A DNA stretch of 64,000 nt from Eledone cirrhosa (Eukaryota): assembly GCA_964016885.1 (NCBI GenBank), contig OZ024763.1:1984001-2048000 (forward strand). The letters are read 5' to 3'. This document shows positions 12,592-26,132 of this stretch, piece after piece; the first letter of the stretch is position 1; each line of letters starts with the position of its first letter. The notes beneath the pieces are model-generated. The model made no database searches. It worked only from the letters and a program-made list of their open reading frames with translations, and was not told where the DNA came from. A program made the position numbers and the translations under genes.

Positions 12592-14097
12592 GGAGTTGTT
12601 CCGAAGGAATGGCGTAGCAGCATCATCGTTAACTGCTATAAGGGAAAAGGAGATGCCCTAGATAGGAGTAACTATAGAGGCATTAAATTAATCGACCAGG
12701 TCATGAAGGTCACGGAAAAAGTAATAGCGCAACTAATCAGAGAGAGAATTGATCTAGATGAAATGCAGTTCGGGTTTGTGTCAGGCAAAAGTACCACAGA
12801 CGCTCTTTTCATTGTACGACAACTACAGGAGAAGTACCTAGCTAAAAGTAAACCCCTATACTTAGCTTTCGTCGACTTGGAGAAAGCCTTCGACAGAGTC
12901 CCCCGTTCCATTATCTGGTGGTCTCTTAGAAAACTAGGTGTTGACGAATGGCTTGTGAGAGCTATACAAGCCATGTATAAAGAAACAGTCAGTAAGGTTA
13001 GAATTAACAACGAATATAGTGAAGAGTTTAGCGTAAAAGTTGGTGTCCATCAGGGCTCTGTTCTTAGCCCCCTACTATTTATTATTGCCCTTCAGGCTAT
13101 AACAGAGGAGTTCAAGACCGGCTGCCCATGGGAACTCCTATATGCAGATGATCTAACGCTCATAGCTGAATCAATGACCGAACTAGAGAAGAAATTCCAA
13201 ACCTGGAAGCACGGCCTAGAATCAAAAGGCCTTAAAATTAACCTGGCTAAGACTAAAGTTCTAGTTTGTAGGAAAGAAAATAAGGCGGCGGTCCCATCGG
13301 GGAAATGGCCATGCTCAGTGTGTAGGAAAGGCGTAGGTAGAAACTCCATTTTATGTCCCAAATGCAAAGTATGGGTGCATAAAAGATGTAGTGGGATCAC
13401 AGGTAAGCTAACTAAGAACATAGATTTTACATGTGGCCGGTGCTCTGGTGCAATAAGTAGCAGCAAGTGCCCACAAAATACTAGCTCCTTCAACTGCGCA
13501 GAGGGTTCTATAGAAATAGTGGACAGCTTCCGTTATCTGGGTGACAAAATCAGCAGTGGGGGAGGGTGCTCTGAAAGTACAGTAGCTAGAGTCAGAACTG
13601 GATGGAAAAAGTTCAGAGAGCTTATACCACTATTAGCCGCTAGAGGGTTCTCCCTAAAAATGAAAGGCAGGTTATACGATGCCTGCATACGAACAGCAAT
13701 GCTGCATGGCAGTGAGACCTGGGCATTGTGTGCAGAGGATATACGCAGACTAGAGAGGAACGAAGCTTGCATGCTCCGCTGGATGTGCAATAGTAATATA
13801 CGTGAACGGCAAAGCATAAACGAACTAAGGAAAAAATTAGAAATAAGAGGGATCAGATGTTGTTTACTCGAGAGAAGGCTACGTTGGTACGGTCACGTGA
13901 TGCGCATGAAAGACGACAGCTGTATAACAAAGTGCAGGGCAATAAAGATAGACGGTAGCCACGGAGTAGGCAGACCCAGAAAAACATGGGACGAGCTGAT
14001 AAATTCCGACCTCACACGCTTACACCTCTCCAAGACAATGTCACTGGACCGAGACCTTTGGCGGTACTCAGTAATAGAGAAGACCCGCCTTACCTAA
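12592..14097 (+). CDS. Partial LINE ORF: reverse transcriptase, PHD-type Cys finger and RTE C-terminus; endonuclease lost by truncation
   Basis: Frame opens 37 codons before the ORF-track ATG (GVVPKEWRSSIIVNCYKGKGDALDRSNYRGIKL); motifs QFGF, FVDLEKAFDRV, GVHQGSVLSPLLF, LYADD (YADD 13141-13152), FRYLG, RLRWYGHVMRM, GRPRKTW; no stops. Confidence 0.93.
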   Translation, partial: GVVPKEWRSSIIVNCYKGKGDALDRSNYRGIKLIDQVMKVTEKVIAQLIRERIDLDEMQFGFVSGKSTTDALFIVRQLQEKYLAKSKPLYLAFVDLEKAFDRVPRSIIWWSLRKLGVDEWLVRAIQAMYKETVSKVRINNEYSEEFSVKVGVHQGSVLSPLLFIIALQAITEEFKTGCPWELLYADDLTLIAESMTELEKKFQTWKHGLESKGLKINLAKTKVLVCRKENKAAVPSGKWPCSVCRKGVGRNSILCPKCKVWVHKRCSGITGKLTKNIDFTCGRCSGAISSSKCPQNTSSFNCAEGSIEIVDSFRYLGDKISSGGGCSESTVARVRTGWKKFRELIPLLAARGFSLKMKGRLYDACIRTAMLHGSETWALCAEDIRRLERNEACMLRWMCNSNIRERQSINELRKKLEIRGIRCCLLERRLRWYGHVMRMKDDSCITKCRAIKIDGSHGVGRPRKTWDELINSDLTRLHLSKTMSLDRDLWRYSVIEKTRLT

Positions 14098-14603
14098 ATA
14101 CAAAGTAAAAACCTACTACAGTCAGTAGGCATCTCTATCAAAACACCCCCCCGTCCCACCACCCTCCACCCCACCCACACCGCCCCTTTCAATGTAAAGT
14201 TATGTTGGTCCCACAACATCCAGGTCGAAACAAATGAGATCGTGTAGGTGTCACGACAAAAAACACACAGTCCACGCTGTAAATGTGGCCGTGTAGGCAA
14301 CACGGTAAAAACCTCCCAGCCCCACACTGTAAATGTGGTTGGTGTTAGGAAGGGCATCCAGCTGTAGAAAACCCGCCAGACAGTCCACGCTGTAATGTGG
14401 CCGTGTAGGCAACACGGTAAAAACCTCCCAGCCCCACACTGTAAATGTGGTTGGTGTTAGGAAGGGCATCCAACTGTAGAAAACCCGCCAGACAGTCCTA
14501 TGCGAGCAAGACAACCACTCTTGCCTCAAGTGGGAAAACCCCCGTCCAAACCCATGCAAGCGTGGAACACGGACGCTAAACCTGATGATGATGATGATGA
14601 TGA

Positions 14604-14607
<4 letters not shown>
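12592..14607 (+). mobile_element. 5'-truncated RTE-clade LINE retrotransposon
   Basis: Open RT frame, about 500 bp of 3' UTR with a ~113-bp tandem duplication (14267-14491), (GAT)n tail, inserted into (TA)n. Confidence 0.93.
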
Positions 14608-14643
<36 letters not shown>

Positions 14644-14731
14644 GTACGAGTGTGTAAGTATATAAACTTCTATGCCATATATATACATATATTTATATAT
14701 TTATGTATATATATATATGGATATATATGTA

Positions 14732-14866
14732 CAGAATTAGCCATCGAAACGGCTTGAGCTCAGCCGTCGGGGTCTTACTTGTTCCTATTACCCATTCTAC
14801 TACCCTAAGTATTGAGTACTTTGGTGCGTTATGGTCCACCTGGTTCCTTACCACATTTCCTTCGTT
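14732..14866 (+). mobile_element. HHR family H2 element, 3' half of the ribozyme plus tail
   Basis: cagaattagccatc GAA ACGGC ttgagctca GCCGT C^ ggggtc...ccttcgtt(at)n; near identical to 41101-41235. Confidence 0.75.
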
Positions 14867-14901
14867 ATATATATATATATATATATTATAAATATATATA
14901 T

Positions 14902-14937
<36 letters not shown>

Positions 14938-15053
14938 ATATATATATTATAAATATATATATTATATATATATATTATAAATATATATATATATTATATA
15001 TATATTATAAATATATATATATTATATAAATTTATATATATATATTATAAATA

Positions 15054-15108
<55 letters not shown>

Positions 15109-15286
15109 ACATAAACAGAGAAAGCCTTAAGCAATACTCCGACCAACTCCATCTCACTCAACAAGCATTAGGATATACTTAAGTATTATCCCAATTTAGT
15201 GTTTGGGATGCTAACTAATCAGTATTTCGTGGATAATTGGTTGTATTATTTTATATGAGACATTATGAAATAAATATCTCATTTCT

Positions 15287-15357
<71 letters not shown>

Positions 15358-15377
15358 ATATATATATATTATATATA

Positions 15378-15829
15378 AACGGAAAAAATGAAACGAAATT
15401 TTATTTCTCACTCTTTGTATGGCTGTTACTTAAATATAATTATGTATACGTACATACATATATGTATACAGACGTAATATGCATAAGGAAAGTATATACT
15501 CTCAGACGTTCAATCATCTGGCAGGAAGGTATACGTTGCTGACGATAGCTAATAAGCTTGAAACTAGTACAGCGTTCCTTTGTTCAAATGAGCAACGATG
15601 GTTGCTAGACACTGTACGGCTTAATTCGGGATGTTTGTTTACAAACACACCCAGCATTATAATAAATGTGAATCCATACGTACATATATATATGTGTGCA
15701 TGTATGTATATATATATATATACATACTACTGTACGTCTGTATACATATATGTATGTACGTATACATACTTATATTTAAGTAACAGCCATACTAAGAGTG
15801 AGAAATGAAATTTCGTTTCATTTTTTCCG

Positions 15830-15831
<2 letters not shown>
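15378..15831. mobile_element. TA-flanked inverted-repeat element (arms about 15378-15478 and 15732-15831) enclosing an HHR
   Basis: acggaaaaaatgaaacgaaattt...cagacgta is the reverse complement of tacgtctg...aaatttcgtttcattttttccgt. Confidence 0.8.
15533..15575 (+). ncRNA. Minimal type I hammerhead ribozyme
   Basis: acgttg CTGACGA t agct aata agct t GAA AC ta GT A^ cagcgt; helix III region is the palindrome ACTAGT. Confidence 0.8.
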
Positions 15832-15888
<57 letters not shown>

Positions 15889-16079
15889 AAAAGGTAAACA
15901 GAAAAGAAATCAAAGAATCCACACACATACACACGCACACAGAAAGTGAGAGAAAGACAGAGCAAGAGAGAGAGGAAGAGAAAGACGGAGAGAGAGAGAT
16001 ATAAAAACATATTTTCACCAATGTACATTTTTGCTGCGTGTAAAAAAAAAAAAAACCCCAACAAACGGAAAAATAAAAA

Positions 16080-16340
16080 AGAAAATCCCGCCATATTCCA
16101 CTTAATGTTTTGCAATATTTTCGTTTCAACTGGCAAGCCTATTGTTTACGCTTCTCTGCTGAAAGACTTTCAGAACTGGCAATCTCGAGACATGTTCTAA
16201 AGTCTAACATTTCTAAACACACCGCAGGAAGTGGTTGAAATCAACAATGATCAGAACCATTTTGAAATAACAACGCAGAATTTTTTATCCCTTTCATTCT
16301 TCGTCTTTTGAAAGACTTAAAGAGCTGAATTCTCTGCAGT
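16080..16340. promoter_or_regulatory. Possible promoter or first-exon region
   Basis: Unique, relatively CpG-richer island with YY1-like CCGCCATATT (16088-16097) and ETS-like CAGGAAGT (16225-16232), upstream of the putative ATG exon. Confidence 0.25.
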
Positions 16341-16349
16341 ATGGTGTTT

Positions 16350-17415
16350 TATTTATCGTATATAAAGGAGTGGAATATCAGTGTGTTTATCGCATAAAAG
16401 TGGGATATCCGTCTATTTATCATATAAAAGTGAGATATCAGTGTATTTATCATATAAAAGTGAGATATCATCTTGTTTATCATATAAAAGTGAGATATTG
16501 TCCTGTTATTGCATAAAAGTGGGATATCCTGTTTATTGTATATAGCATTCTGTTTATTGTATAAAAGTGTGATATCATTCTGTTTATCATATATATAATA
16601 ATGAAATTATTGTGTACAGTGCTCATGTGCACTACAATGTGAGATATTCTATTTATCATATAAACACTAGATATCTTTCTGTTTGTCATGTAAAAGTGGG
16701 ATATCTTCCTATTTATCATATAACATTGAGATATATTTCTATTTATCATATAAAAGTGAGATATCAACCTGTTTATCAGATAAAAGTGAGATATCATTCT
16801 ATTTATCATATAAACATTAGATATCACCCTATTTATCATATTAAAACAGAATATTCTATTTATTATATAAAAACAGGATATCATGATATTTATCATATTA
16901 AAATAAAATATTGTTATATTTATCATATAAACTCTGGATATCATCCTATTTAACATATAAAAGTGAGATATCATTCTCTTTATCATATATTAATGAGATA
17001 TTCTATTTATCATATATATATAAAAGGAAATGGTGCTGATGATTATGATGACTGTATTTATCATATGTAAACATGAGATATCATTCTGTTTAACTGGGCC
17101 AGTATTGGCTCAGGCCATGTCTAACTTAATAGCACCATAAGTGTGATATCTTTCTATTTACCATATATAAGCAAGATCTCTTTCTATTTATCATATATAA
17201 GCAAGATATCTTTCTATTTATCATATATAAGTGAGATATCAAACTGTTTATCATATATGAAATATGATTCTGTTTATCATATATAAATATGAGATATCAT
17301 ACTGTTTATTATATAATAGTGAGATATTCTATTTATCATATTATCACTATATTAGTGGGATATCATTCTGTTTATCATATATAAGTGAGATATCATACTG
17401 TTTATCATATAAAAG
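16350..17415. repeat. Diverged ~30-bp minisatellite
   Basis: Consensus tttatcatataaaagtgagatatcattctg. Confidence 0.85.
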
Positions 17416-17584
17416 TAAGTTGTAGTTATCAGCAAGTTGTGTGGTCTATATTATTTCATACAATAGTCATGTTTTTTTCTCCTTTAGACAAATAACCATC
17501 TCTCCATAAATGTATTATCAGCAAAAATCAATTTTTTAGCTGATTGCTTATTTTGCCTCAATTCTATGTGATTAGATGTGATTA

Positions 17585-17641
17585 ATGATGGATAAACATC
17601 CTGAAATACTAGTATTTGATGTTTTTGACATGGCTAGTGAG
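17585..17641 (+). CDS. Putative first coding exon (exon 17488-17641), MMDKHPEILVFDVFDMASE
   Basis: Acceptor tttttttctcctttag at 17487, in-frame TGA at 17579 before the ATG, donor GAG|gtatat at 17642. Confidence 0.4.
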
Positions 17642-17849
17642 GTATATGTGACTTGATCACAGCTTAAAGTAGCCACAGTGAAACTTATGTATATTTGTTT
17701 AACATAAATATATTGCATACGCTTTCATATATGCCCCCCCCCCCCCCCTCTCATCATCATCATCGTTGTTTATCACGTATTAGTTAAGAGTTTATGACAT
17801 CTTTGGCTTTGACAGATTTTGAACCTCAATACCAGACTCTCTGGCTATG

Positions 17850-18235
17850 ACATCTGGATTAGAGAGCTTATGACATAAGAGAACTTATGACATCTGTATA
17901 GGAGAGCTTGTGACATCTGAACAAGAGAGCTTATCACATCTGGATAAGAGATTTATGCCATCTGGATAAGAGAACTTATGACATCTGGATAGGAGAGCTT
18001 AGGACATCTGGAAAAGAGAGTTTATCACATCTGGATAAGAGAGCTTATGACATCTGTATAGGAGAGCTTAGGACATCTGGATAAGAAAGTTTATCACATT
18101 TGGATAAAAGAGCTTATCACATCTGGATAAGAGAGCTTATCACATCTGGATAAGAGAGCTTATCACATCTGGATAAGAGAGCTTATCACATCTGGATAGG
18201 AGAGCTTATGACATCTGGATAGGAGAGCTTATAGC
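17850..18235. repeat. 23-bp minisatellite
   Basis: cacatctggataagagagcttat, about 16 copies. Confidence 0.9.
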
Positions 18236-18907
18236 ATCTTTGGCATTGACAGATGTAGGTTTCCAATCCACGTAGGTTTACCACTCAATACATTACCTAG
18301 ATCCTGAACCTCAATACTGGAGTCTCTGGTTGTTGTGTACTAAACTGGGGTGCTCAATGTTGGTAAAATACAGAGCAACAACAATAAATGTGAAGGATTT
18401 ACGTAATTAGAAAGGAAATGTCTGGAATATCTCAGTTATATTAGAGATAGTATGTTGACCTTAAGACAGAATAACTGTGTTGAGGAGGTTGGTAGGGAGA
18501 GGGGTGAGGTGGAGAGAGAGAGAGAAGGGGAAGTGAGAGGGGAAAACAAGGGAGAAGTGATAGAGGGGGAGAGAGAAGATGGAAGTGAGAGAGAAAGGAG
18601 GGAGTGGGAGAGAGAAGGGGGAAATGAGAGAGGAGGGCGAGAGAAGGGGAAGTGAGGAGGAGAGAGAGAAGAGAAAGACAGAGGGAGAGAGAAGAAATAT
18701 TTTGGTTGCAGTAGTAGTTCCTAACCTTTTCACTATCAAGAACACCTTTTTGTTAATCACTTCGTTAACATATTTTTAACGAAGAAGCTGCCAACGAATA
18801 TCAAATAATTTTGAAAACAATCCAGAATTTGGAAGGATTTAGTTACATAACTAACTTTTTCATAATTAACCTCCATGTTAACATATTTCTAATGAAACAC
18901 TCTGAGT

Positions 18908-19238
18908 CATCATCATCATCATCATCATTTCATTTTACGTCCGCTTTTCCCTGCTTGCAAGGGTGGGACGGGAACTGATTCTGGCTTGATTTCTACAGCT
19001 GGATGCCCTTCCTAACACCAACCTCATTTACAGTGAGTGCTGGATGCTTTTTTGCCGTGGCACCTCCACGACCACTTTGTAGTGGACCCAAGTCCCTATC
19101 ATCTCATTTCTACAGCTGAGTCAACTGGAGCAATGTGAAATAAAGTGTCTTGCTCAAGGAAACAACACATCACCCGGTTTGAGAATTGAACTCACAACCT
19201 TTCGATTGCAAGACCAATGCTCTAACCACTAAGCCATG
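18908..19238 (-). mobile_element. Full-length SINE family A
   Basis: Reverse complement of 48107-48447, with (cat)n tail on the left. Confidence 0.9.
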
Positions 19239-19433
19239 TTTATCAAATAATTTTGAAAATAATCCAGAATTTGGAAGGATTTAGTTACATAACTAACTTT
19301 TTCATAATTAACCTCCATGTTAACATATTTCTAATGAAACACTCTGAGTATAATTATCAAATAATTTTGGAAATAATCCAGAATTTGGAAGGATTTAATA
19401 ATATAACGAACTTTCTCACTATGAGCCCTTTGA

Positions 19434-19612
19434 TAGTATCGGTAGAGGGTTTGATGCCATGCTTTGCAGCAAAGAGTTACGGCCCTTTATGGTCTAAGTT
19501 CAAATCCCGCGAGGTTAACTTTGCCTTTCATCCTTACAGGGTCGATAAAATAAAGTACCAGTAATATACTGGGGGTAATTGCTGGCCTTGTGCCCAAAGT
19601 AGAAACAATTAT
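19434..19612 (+). mobile_element. SINE family B
   Basis: gttcaaatcc B-box-like motif and ctttgcctttcatccttacagggtcgataaaataaagtaccag centre. Confidence 0.8.
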
Positions 19613-20650
19613 TAACCCTTTAGCATTTAACTGGTTATATCTGGTCGAAATTTTCTCACCAGTTTCTGTTCAAACTGGCCGCTTATACTTATGTTAAGGT
19701 ATTGTTCTCAAAATCACCTCTCTCTCTCTCTCTTTCGTCCATCCCATCTCTTTCTCCCCCTTCTCTCTTTCTTCCACTCCTCTCACCACCATCACCACCA
19801 CCACCACCATCACCTCTTTCAATTGTATTTCTTTATCAACTTTAAACAACCTCTGTCCCTTTTACCATTTTCTCCATACCGTTTTTCTTTTGTTTTCAAA
19901 TTAATATTTTAAATATTTTCCACAAAATTATAAAATCATAAAATTATTAAAAAAAACAAAATTATCAAAGAAAATCTTTAAAATAATAAAATTATCAATT
20001 AAAATTATAAAATAACAAAATTGTAAAATAACAAAAATGTTAAATAAAACAATTGTAAAATAATAACATTAAATTATAAAATTATATCATTAAAATTGCT
20101 TTGAAGGAATCTCTATATTCATTACAGCTCACAATTTAATGTGTTGTCTTCTAAATGGAGAGGAATATTCTATATTCTTATATACAACAAATCGTTTCCG
20201 CTACCTTACTACATCTGGTAATTTACATATGATTTGAAAAGCATAGCTTTCATACTTTTACACATGAAAACACATTTAGTTTTCAATTATTGGAGAGTGC
20301 AAACAATTACCTCCCCTTGAACTCCCCTTCTCTGCTCCGAAACCCCTAAAGAGATTTTGTTGGCAAAATTGGCAAATTATCTTTTAATAAGGACAACAAG
20401 GATGACATTATTTAGAATTTGGATATACATATATATATATATGTATATATATACATATGTATATACAGGGTGTCTCCAAAAAATGTATACACATTTCAAC
20501 AACATTCTAATAAAAGTGTGTATACATTTTGGGGGAACACCCTGTATATATATGTGTGTGCCTATGTGTGAATGTATATATGTATGTGTATGCCTATGTG
20601 TGAATGTATATATGTATGTGTGTATATGTGTGTATATGTGTGTATATATA

Positions 20651-20689
<39 letters not shown>

Positions 20690-20744
20690 ATGTATAGATA
20701 TATGCATGTGTATACATACATATATATATATATATGTATACACA

Positions 20745-21310
20745 AGGTGTTTTTGTCATGTCAACAGCACAACCACTTTACAGCATGCACTGGGTGCTTT
20801 TTGTTGTCACCAACACAACCACTTTACAGGGTGGACTGGGTGCTTTCTGTCATGTCACCAGCATAACCACTTAACAGCGTGGACTGGGTACTTTTTGTCA
20901 TGTTACCAACACAAACACTTTAGAGGGTGGACTGGGTGTTTTTTGTCATGTCATCAACACAAACACTTTTACAGCATGGACTGGGTACTTTTTGTCATGT
21001 CACCAGCACAACCACTTTACAGTGTGGACTGGATACTTTTTGTCATGTCACCAGCACAACCACTTTACAGTGTGGACTGGATACTTTTTGTCATGTTACC
21101 AACACAAACACTTTAGAGGGTGGACTGGGTACTTTTTGTCATGTCACCAGCACAAACACTTTTACAGCATGGACTGGGTACTTTTTGTCACGTCACCAGC
21201 ACAACCACTTTACAGCGTGGACTGGGTACTTTTTGTCATGTCACCAGCACAACCACTTAACAGTGTGGACTAGATGCTTTCCAGCATGTCACTGACAGAA
21301 CCACTTAACA
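20745..21310 (-). repeat. ~48-bp minisatellite derived from the RTE LINE 3' UTR
   Basis: Unit cactttacagcgtggactgggtactttttgtc matches the reverse complement of cagtccacgctgtaaa (about 14268). Confidence 0.8.
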
Positions 21311-21844
21311 AGGTGAACTGAATATTAGTTTTATTAGAAACAGAGACATGAAATGGTTAAGTTAACAGTCTTATGTCTGAGACAAATTGGTTTTAATATA
21401 AGTTCATAATTTCCAGTTACTTAGCTCATAGTTCAAATAGATATTTCCGATACGTATGTTTACACGGAAAGTGATAGTAACATTATAAATATACTCTATA
21501 AAAATGAAATTAATTGCCCATGAAATCATAATTTTTATATAAATTTTGCTTAAGTTGGTGAATTGGAAGAATTATTAAAGTGTTGAAGAAAATAACTTAT
21601 GGTATTTACTGCGGATCTATATGTTCTATATGAAGGTGCATGGCTTAGTGGTTAGGGCATTGGGCTTGCAATCAGAAGGTTGTGAGTTCGATTCTTGGAC
21701 CGCGTGATGTGTTGTGTCCTTGAGCAAGACACTTTATTTCACGTTGCTCCAGTTTACTCAGCTGTAGAAATGAACTGCGATGTCACTGGTGTCAAGCTGT
21801 ATCAGCCATTGCCTTTCCCTTGGACATCATATATAGTGTATATA

Positions 21845-24505
21845 TAATGTATATATATGTATATATAGTATATATTGCATATATATATATGTATATATAG
21901 TATATATTGCATATATATATGTATATATAGTATATATTGCATATATATATATATATGTATAGTATATATTGCATATATATATGTATATATAGTATATATT
22001 GCATATATATATGTATATATAGTATATATTGCATATATATATATATGTATATATAGTATATATTGCATATATATATATATGTATATATAGTATATATTGC
22101 ATATATATATGTATATATATATATAGTATATATTGCATATATATATGTATATATAGTATATATTGCATATATATATATATATGTATAGTATATATTGCAT
22201 ATATATATGTATATATAGTATATATTGCATATATATATGTATATATAGTATATATTGCATATATATATATATGTATATATAGTATATATTGCATATATAT
22301 ATATATGTATATATAGTATATATTGCATATATATATATATATGTATAGTATATATTGCATATATATATATATGTATATATAGTATATATTGCATATATAT
22401 ATATATATATAGTATATATTGCATATATATATGTATATATAGTATATATTGCATATATATATATATATATGTATAGTATATATTGCATATATATATGTAT
22501 ATATAGTATATATTGCATATATATATGTATATATAGTATATATTGCATATATATATGTATATATAGTATATATTGCATATATATATGTATATATAGTATA
22601 TATTGCATATATATATATGTATAGTATATATTGCATATATATATGTATATATAGTATATATTGCATATATATATATATATGTATAGTATATATTGCATAT
22701 ATATATGTATATATAGTATATATTGCATATATATATGTATATATAGTATATATTGCATATATATATATGTATATATAGTATATATTGCATATATATATAT
22801 ATATGTATAGTATATATTGCATATATATATGTATATATAGTATATATTGCATATATATATGTATATATAGTATATATTGCATATATATATATATATATAT
22901 AGTATATATTGCATATATATATATGTATATATAGTATATATTGCATATATATATATATATGTATAGTATATATTGCATATATATATGTATATATAGTATA
23001 TATTGCATATATATATGTATATATAGTATATATTGCATATATATATATATGTATATATAGTATATATTGCATATATATATATATGTATATATAGTATATA
23101 TTGCATATATATATATATGTATATATAGTATATATTGCATATATATATATATATGTATAGTATATATTGCATATATATATATATGTATATATAGTATATA
23201 TTGCATATATATATATATGTATAGTATATATTGCATATATATATATATGTATAGTATATATTGCATATATATATGTATATATAGTATATATTGCATATAT
23301 ATATGTATATATAGTATATATTGCATATATATATGTATATATAGTATATATTGCATATATATATATATATATGTATAGTATATATTGCATATATATATGT
23401 ATATATAGTATATATTGCATATATATATGTATATATAGTATATATTGCATATATATATGTATATATAGTATATATTGCATATATATATATATATGTATAG
23501 TATATATTGCATATATATATGTATATATAGTATATATTGCATATATATATGTATATATAGTATATATTGCATATATATATGTATATATAGTATATATTGC
23601 ATATATATATGTATATATTGCATATATATATATGTATATATAGTATATATTGCATATATATATGTATATATAGTATATATTGCATATATATATGTATATA
23701 TAGTATATATTGCATATATATATATATGTATATATAGTATATATTGCATATATATATATATGTATATATAGTATATATTGCATATATATATATATGTATA
23801 GTATATATTGCATATATATATGTATATATAGTATATATTGCATATATATATATATATGTATAGTATATATTGCATATATATATGTATATATAGTATATAT
23901 TGCATATATATATGTATATATAGTATATATTGCATATATATATATGTATATATAGTATATATTGCATATATATATGTATATATAGTATATATTGCATATA
24001 TATATGTATATATAGTATATATTGCATATATATATGTATATATAGTATATATTGCATATATATATGTATATATTGCATATATATATATGTATATATAGTA
24101 TATATTGCATATATATATGTATATATAGTATATATTGCATATATATATGTATATATAGTATATATTGCATATATATATATATGTATATATAGTATATATT
24201 GCATATATATATATATGTATATATAGTATATATTGCATATATATATATATGTATAGTATATATTGCATATATATATGTATATATAGTATATATTGCATAT
24301 ATATATATATATGTATAGTATATATTGCATATATATATGTATATATAGTATATATTGCATATATATATGTATATATAGTATATATTGCATATATATATAT
24401 GTATATATAGTATATATTGCATATATATATGTATATATAGTATATATTGCATATATATATGTATATATAGTATATATTGCATATATATATGTATATATAT
24501 ATATA
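21845..24505. repeat. ~30-bp AT-rich satellite
   Basis: atatatagtatatattgcatatatatatgt, roughly 85 copies. Confidence 0.95.
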
Positions 24506-24507
24506 GT

Positions 24508-26132
24508 TGTGACACCACTGGTGCCAAGTTGTATTGGTCTTTGCCTTTCCCTTAGACAACATATATAGTGTAGTGTATATATATGTGTATATATGTATAT
24601 TGTGACACCACTGGTGCCAAGCTGTATCTGCCATTACCTTTTCCTTGGACATCATATATAGTGTATATATTGTGTATATATAATATATATATATATATGT
24701 ATATATATATATTGTGACATCACTGGGGCCAAGCTGTATCAGCCATTGCCTTTCCCTTGGACATCATATATAGTGTATATATTGTGTATATATAATATAT
24801 ATATGTATATATACTGTGACATCACTGGGGCCAAGCTGTATCAGCCATTGCCTTTTCCTTGGACATCATATATACTGTATATATTGTGTATATATAATAT
24901 ATATATGTATATATACTGTGACATCACTGGGGCCAAGCTGTATCAGCCATTGCCTTTTCCTTGGACATCATATATACTGTATATATTGTGTATATATAAT
25001 ATATATATGTATATATACTGTGACATCACTGGTGCCAAGCTGTATCTGCCATTACCTTTTCCTTGGACATCATATATAGTGTATATATTGTGTATATATA
25101 ATATATATATGTATATATACTGTGACATCACTGGGGCCAAGCTGTATCAGCCATTGCCTTTTCCTTGGACATCATATATACTGTATATATTGTGTATATA
25201 TAATATATATATGTATATATACTGTGACATCACTGGGGCCAAGCTGTATCTGCCATTACCTTTTCCTTGGACATCATATATAGTGTATATATTGTGTATA
25301 TATAATATATATATGTATATATATATGTTGTGACATCACTGGTGCCAAGCTGTATCAGCCATTGCCTTTCCCTTGGACATCATATATAGTGTATATATTG
25401 TGTATATATAATATATATATGTATATATACTGTGACATCACTGGTGCCAAGCTGTATCTGCCATTGCCTTTCCCTTGGACATCATATATAGTGTATATAT
25501 TGTGTATATATAATATATATATGTATATATACTGTGACATCACTGGTGCCAAGCTGTATCTGCCATTGCCTTTTCCTTGGACATCATATATACTGTATAT
25601 ATTGTGTATATATAATATATATATGTATATATACTGTGACATCACTGGTGCCAAGCTGTATCAGCCATTACCTTTCCCTTGGACATCATATATACTGTAT
25701 ATATTGTGTATATATAATATATATATGTATATATACTGTGACATCACTGGGGCCAAGCTGTATCAGCCATTACCTTTCCCTTGGACATCATATATACTGT
25801 ATATATTGTGTATATATAATATATATATGTATATATATATATTGTGACATCACTGGTGCCAAGCTGTATCTGCCATTGCCTTTCCCTTGGACATCATATA
25901 TAGTGTATATATTGTGTATATATAATATATATATGTATATATATATATTGTGACATCACTGGTGCCAAGCTGTATCAGCCATTGCCTTTCCCTTGGACAT
26001 CATATATAGTGTATATATTGTGTATATATAATATATATATGTATATATACTGTGACATCACTGGGGCCAAGCTGTATCAGCCATTGTCTTTCCCTTGGAC
26101 ATCATATATACTGTATATATTGTGTATATATA
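24508..26132. repeat. ~102-bp minisatellite (SINE segment plus TA spacer), about 16 copies
   Basis: tgtgacatcactgg starts at 24815, 24917, 25019 and so on. Confidence 0.95.

Noticed and set aside
12672-13817. Minus-strand ORFs overlapping the LINE
   Set aside because: Antisense shadows of the RT frame.
21792-24655. ORFs of 860-940 aa
   Set aside because: Translations of a TA-rich satellite that lacks stop codons.
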